From: Octopus bimaculoides
Lineage: Eukaryota
Length of the DNA stretch: 64,000 nt
Direction: 5' to 3'
Assembly: GCF_001194135.2 (NCBI RefSeq)
Contig: NC_068995.1
Location: 57,932,827 to 57,996,826 of the forward strand
Shown piece by piece: positions 61,301 through 64,000 of the stretch. Under the pieces are notes generated by a model. It did no database searches. It was not told the origin of the DNA and saw nothing but the letters and a program-made list of their open reading frames with translations. The position numbers and the translations under genes are program-made. The stretch's first letter is position 1. Each line of letters starts with the position of its first letter.

Positions 61301-62603
61301 AAAGAAAAAAAAATACACTCACAAGAGAAGATTTATACTCACCCAATCACATCCAGTAAACAACGGCCATCCTCCATGTCAGAGTGAACTGTAATAACAA
61401 AAGGAAAATATTTGTAGAAGCATTCAATTCAGTAAATTAAAAATCAGAATAGATACAATCTGAATACCTTCTGCAAAACATTATCAAGACACAGTTTTCA
61501 CAAAAATTTACTCATCACATGCTTTTTCTAGCAATTTTGTTATGTTTATCAAGAATTTCTTAAAATTCAAAGACATGAAAAAACATCAAATTTCATAAGT
61601 AAAAATTTGTAAAAGAATTTAATATGATTTTTAAGAAGCAAACTGCAGAGGCAAGTATAGATACAAGATAGACTTACCAAATATATAATTTTAAGTTTTC
61701 TCTCTTATTTAAATCAAATATATTTATTTATTTTAACAATAATGATTTTTTTTTAATTGTCTCTATTTGTTTCATTAAGAAATAAATGAACAGTAAAAAT
61801 GAATAATAAAGAAGAAAGGTGAGTTAATGTTCTTCAACTCTCAAAAAGACTTGTCCTATCTACATCTGCAAAAACCAGTACAGTTTAGAAATTTAATATT
61901 TTATGATATTAATTTCAGTCTTCAAAATTTAAATATATTAGATCCACATAAAAGGAGATTGGTATTATAGAAAAACAAATAGTTTTAATGACTTTACTCA
62001 TTAACCCCTATGAAAGTCACTGTCATAATTAACACTAGCTTTGACTGTGAACTCAATTCTACAGATAGTAATAGAGAAGTTATATGTCAGCAGCTATGTG
62101 TGCTGACAAAGAAGTAAATATAGGTCAGCTTGAAGAAGCCAAGCTACAAGGAAAAGAAGGTTGGCAAATTAGGTTGGCATTGTCAAGAATGCTTGTCCTT
62201 GGTTTTTGGGCCACATTTTGCAAGAATAACAAAGAAACTTTAGAAAGATTAAATCCATCACAAGTATTGAGACTAGCATGGAATGATATAATGCAATGAT
62301 AATAATTTCCATCTTGAGATTAGTATCATATAATGAAAAAAAAAACCAAGCAAATCAATATAGTATAGGATATTTGAAATAATGAAGTTGAAACAAAATC
62401 TAAATTTTATGAAGTAGAACAGTGTTAAGTGTTAAATTAAAAGTTTTGGCATCATGAATTATAACAAAAAAAATCTAAAATAAAGCATACATACACAAGT
62501 GTACACATATGCATGTGCATATGCACACATACACATTCGTGTTGCTTGAAAAAGCTTACAAAAGTTTCTTAAATGTTACCAGGTCTTGGAAAAATATTTT
62601 GAT

Positions 62604-62635
<32 letters not shown>

Positions 62636-64000
62636 TAAATTGCCAATTATTCACATACTGAATTCTTTCTTTTCATTATATTTAGAACATTTAAAAAAAA
62701 AATACTGAAAATTTAACTGACATATGTTATGAAATATTCAAAATAAATTAGATAAAAGTTTTTAGAAAAATCTTCTACCAATCCTAAAATATTTATATTA
62801 TGATGAATTATGACTGTAAATTTATTTACTAAAGTTAATAATGCAATAAATGGAGATGGTAGACTAATAAGATACTGTATTTATTCCTGTATGATATGTA
62901 GTTTGCTTTGGAGGTGTATGTATAAATGGCAGTTCTTTGGTCTAATGATCTCAGTCAACCTTTTAGTTACATGCATGGAAACAAAGTACCCTAAATCAAT
63001 TAGTTCTAGATCCAAAAAAGATGGAATGGTCATAACTGGAATGCCTGTCTGTCATAAAAACATATCAGTTTTCATCTTCAGTCCACTATCAAAATACACT
63101 CCTTTGCTTTCATATACTGTGTCCCCAGGTGGGAAGAGTAAGATGAGTTCAGTAACAAAGCTTAAGACATAGTACAATTGCCAGACGCATGGATACAACT
63201 GTATGAAGTTTTAATTCACACAAACATTATAACTGTCTTTCTCCCCATTGTCTTACTTTATTTTCTTTACTCTTATTCCTTAATGCAGATATAATTTCAT
63301 TTCCATAATTCATTTTAAACTGTATAGCCTGAAAATGATTTAGCTAATTAAGAAGGTCTATAATCTGAAGACCTCATCTATTTTGAAGGTGATAATACAT
63401 TTCCATGGAATCAGCATTTAAGTCATTCGACAAAAGAGGTTTAGCAAAATCACTTTTGAAGAGATTCACTGGCACTGTGTTGCACTGGTCTCTTTCCAAT
63501 ACAACCACCTCACAGTATAGCAGGTAAGAATGGTATGAGAGAATGATTTAGTGGTGGAGCACTAGACAAATTGCAAACTGACAAAACATCTAATGATTAG
63601 CCAAAAGAGAACAAGAAATCTCAAGGCTGAATTCATGTTACAGACAATTGAAAAATAATAAAGAAGACATAAAATAATGATGATAATGGTAGTAGTAGTA
63701 GTAGTAGTAGTAGTAATGATGTTCAGTCAATCCTAGCAGGATGAGGAAGTCAAATACAAGAAACAATCAGCTATTTCTCACAAAACAATCAGTCCAACTC
63801 TAAAGCGACCTTATGTTGATTTTAATTAACTAGTTCTAAGTCTTCTTCAATCAACTACTGTTTAAATATCTTATCAGGTTAATATTTCCATTCAAACTAT
63901 AGCCATTTGATTGCTCAATTGACATTATCCAACCCACAGTAAAAGTAACAACTATAATCTCCTGCCTCACTTTAAAGAAAGTTCTCATTCCCATAAACTC

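Noticed and set aside
61670-61710. Minus-strand GTAAGT donor as a candidate first BICRA exon
   Set aside because: Upstream codons show no Met/acidic/LLDVI-like sequence and no supportable frame.

Overview
Eukaryotic, AT-rich, microsatellite-dense draft-assembly DNA with 8 N-gaps. The repeat families (RTE-type LINE ends with (CAT/GAT)n tails, abundant SINEs) point to a coleoid cephalopod, most likely Octopus (inference). About 20.9-56.8 kb holds one large minus-strand gene that I assembled by hand from 9 phase-consistent GT-AG coding exons: a BICRA/GLTSCR1 (ncBAF/GBAF subunit) orthologue. At least 2178 aa are encoded in the window, including the GLTSCR1 domain, the conserved N-terminal DPxxLNxFL motif and very long polyQ/low-complexity regions. 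The first coding exon was not found and is probably beyond 64 kb. The 1-19 kb region appears intergenic. It contains decayed transposons (Penelope-like RT, DD37D maT/Tc1-mariner, CR1/L2-type RT, MITEs, SINEs) and a ~5.8 kb CpG-rich (CGTT/CGTA)n complex satellite that has higher-order modules and flips strand polarity at a perfect palindrome (14164/14165), giving a foldback-like structure. Almost all other ORFs in the supplied track are microsatellite, antisense or gap artefacts. Family assignments come from motifs I recognise from memory; no database search was run.
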